Origin: a virus
Virus record (IMG/VR): IMGVR_UViG_3300036795_000250
Coordinates: 1 to 64,000 of that record
Reading direction: 5' to 3' (one strand)
Length of the DNA stretch: 64,000 nt
Part shown: piece after piece, positions 62,917-64,000 of the stretch
Layout of the letters: every line of letters begins with the position of its first letter
How positions within the stretch are numbered: position 1 is the first letter of the stretch
Made by a program: the position numbers and the translations under genes
The notes under the pieces: model-generated
Told to the model about the DNA's origin: nothing
Databases searched by the model: none
Seen by the model: only the letters and a program-made list of their open reading frames with translations

Positions 62917-63486
62917 TCACCAGTCGTGAGGTTGCGAACTGGTTCGCAGTTGCCGGTACTGCCGCACAGCACCAGCGCCGTCTTGGCAGAAGTCGATCCA
63001 TGGTTCGATCCTGAGCTGTGTGCCGACGAGCCAGAACCATTCTGCGCAGCCCGCAGCACGCACAGCAGACAGGAAGCTGCCGAAGCCATAGGCACCCACA
63101 GGTCCACGCCATGCTCGGGCTTGAGTCTGTTCGAAAAAGCCTTGCTGATATTCCAGAGCTAATGGTTGATGCTGGCTGGTCAGGTGCTGCTCGATGACCG
63201 CACATATCGGGGTGTAGCTTGACAGCAGCATCGCGTTCAGATCGTCAATCACAGCATCAGCGTGCGCAGCGCCGTCGTACCAGCCTTCCCCGAAGTTGGC
63301 AGGTTCATTGCGATAGACACCAATGAATGACAGTCCACTCGCGAGCCAGTCGTCAATCACGACGGCGTTCGCAGCGCGACCTGGCCGAGACACACCTACC
63401 GAGCCGAACACACCGGCATAGCCAGCAGCTTTTAGCTCTGCTCCACTAGAAAAGGTGTCGGCGTATGCGTAGCGGCCTAGCGACAC
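62917..63486 (-). CDS. DUF1906 (Rv2525c-like) glycoside hydrolase-like protein
   Basis: LKAAGY.G, G..DGA.HA, PI..VI, VGAYG, WFW, A..RQY. Confidence 0.65.
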   Translation of the reverse strand: MSLGRYAYADTFSSGAELKAAGYAGVFGSVGVSRPGRAANAVVIDDWLASGLSFIGVYRNEPANFGEGWYDGAAHADAVIDDLNAMLLSSYTPICAVIEQHLTSQHQPLALEYQQGFFEQTQARAWRGPVGAYGFGSFLSAVRAAGCAEWFWLVGTQLRIEPWIDFCQDGAGAVRQYRQLRTSSQPHDW

Positions 63487-63553
63487 GCCGACACCTCACA
63501 GACCTCTAGCTCTGAAAGACACACCATCTCGAAACTGTTTCACCCGTGCGAGC

Positions 63554-64000
63554 TCAGAGCTTCTTAGCACGGATCCATGCAAGTGCTTCCTCAGCCAAGT
63601 GCGGCAGCCGAGTGAACCGATCGAGACGCTCGTGCCCCAGCCATGTACGTAGTGCCGCCGCAAAGGAGTGATCCGCTGACTGCGCCGCCGCAGTGAAGGG
63701 GTCTGGGTGCCCGGTGAGCGTGGTGTAGGCCGTTCCCAGTCCCACCAGATCCAGCCCGGATGGCGTGGTGCCGGCCGCGCTCAGCCACTCGGGCGTGATC
63801 GGCACCCAGACCTCGTCGACGTACTTGTGCCACCACGGCACGGAGATCTCTTCCACCGCGCCCCAGGTGACGCACCGGAAGTCGCTGCCGTCGTAGCCGA
63901 CGTGAATGCAGTGACCGCCGATGCTGGCAGCACCGTCCACCACGGTCCACGGCTGGTTGGCGTTGAACTGATCCATCGCCGACTCCGGGAAGGACACCCC
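63554..64000 (-). CDS. Papain-like cysteine peptidase C-terminal part (5' end outside window), possible lysin
   Basis: GGHC...GYD, VTWG, W..KYVDE.W. Confidence 0.6.
   Translation of the reverse strand, partial: GVSFPESAMDQFNANQPWTVVDGAASIGGHCIHVGYDGSDFRCVTWGAVEEISVPWWHKYVDEVWVPITPEWLSAAGTTPSGLDLVGLGTAYTTLTGHPDPFTAAAQSADHSFAAALRTWLGHERLDRFTRLPHLAEEALAWIRAKKL

Larger units (their letters stand above)
1..64000. mobile_element. Temperate actinobacteriophage (siphovirus) genome segment, probably unintegrated form
   Basis: Head, tail, packaging, integrase/attP/xis and replication genes; phage-type genes on both sides of the att core; no host core genes. Confidence 0.93.

Noticed and set aside
1-64000. 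CRISPR array, diversity-generating retroelement or retron
   Set aside because: No repeat-spacer array, no reverse transcriptase motif and no adenine-variable repeat pair seen by eye

Overview
The whole window looks like part of a large, high-GC temperate siphovirus of an actinomycete; no bacterial housekeeping region is visible. The + strand from about 7.6 to 35.5 kb carries the head and tail module: Mu-I-like protease/scaffold, lambda gpD-like decoration protein, lambda gpE-type capsid, fibre-like proteins, tail tube, frameshifting chaperone, 1943-aa tape measure, Dit and hub. It is followed by an SNF2-like helicase, a FliA/WhiG-family sigma factor and a DnaB-like helicase. The packaging module (terS candidate, terL, DUF935 portal, MuF-like protein) lies about 30 kb from the capsid genes on the - strand. 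An L5-type integrase sits beside an intact attP whose core is a tRNA-Val 3' end, so this is probably the unintegrated form. There is also a second Xer-like recombinase, an excisionase, dnaX, three glycosyltransferases with an epimerase and a methyltransferase, and dispersed lysis-like genes. The main finding is the motif (G)CCGATAGT, which resembles the sigma28/WhiG -10 box GCCGATAA and recurs in sense orientation in front of most virion and packaging transcription units. This suggests a phage-encoded sporulation-type sigma factor driving its own late regulon. All calls come from motif reading by eye; no database searches were run.
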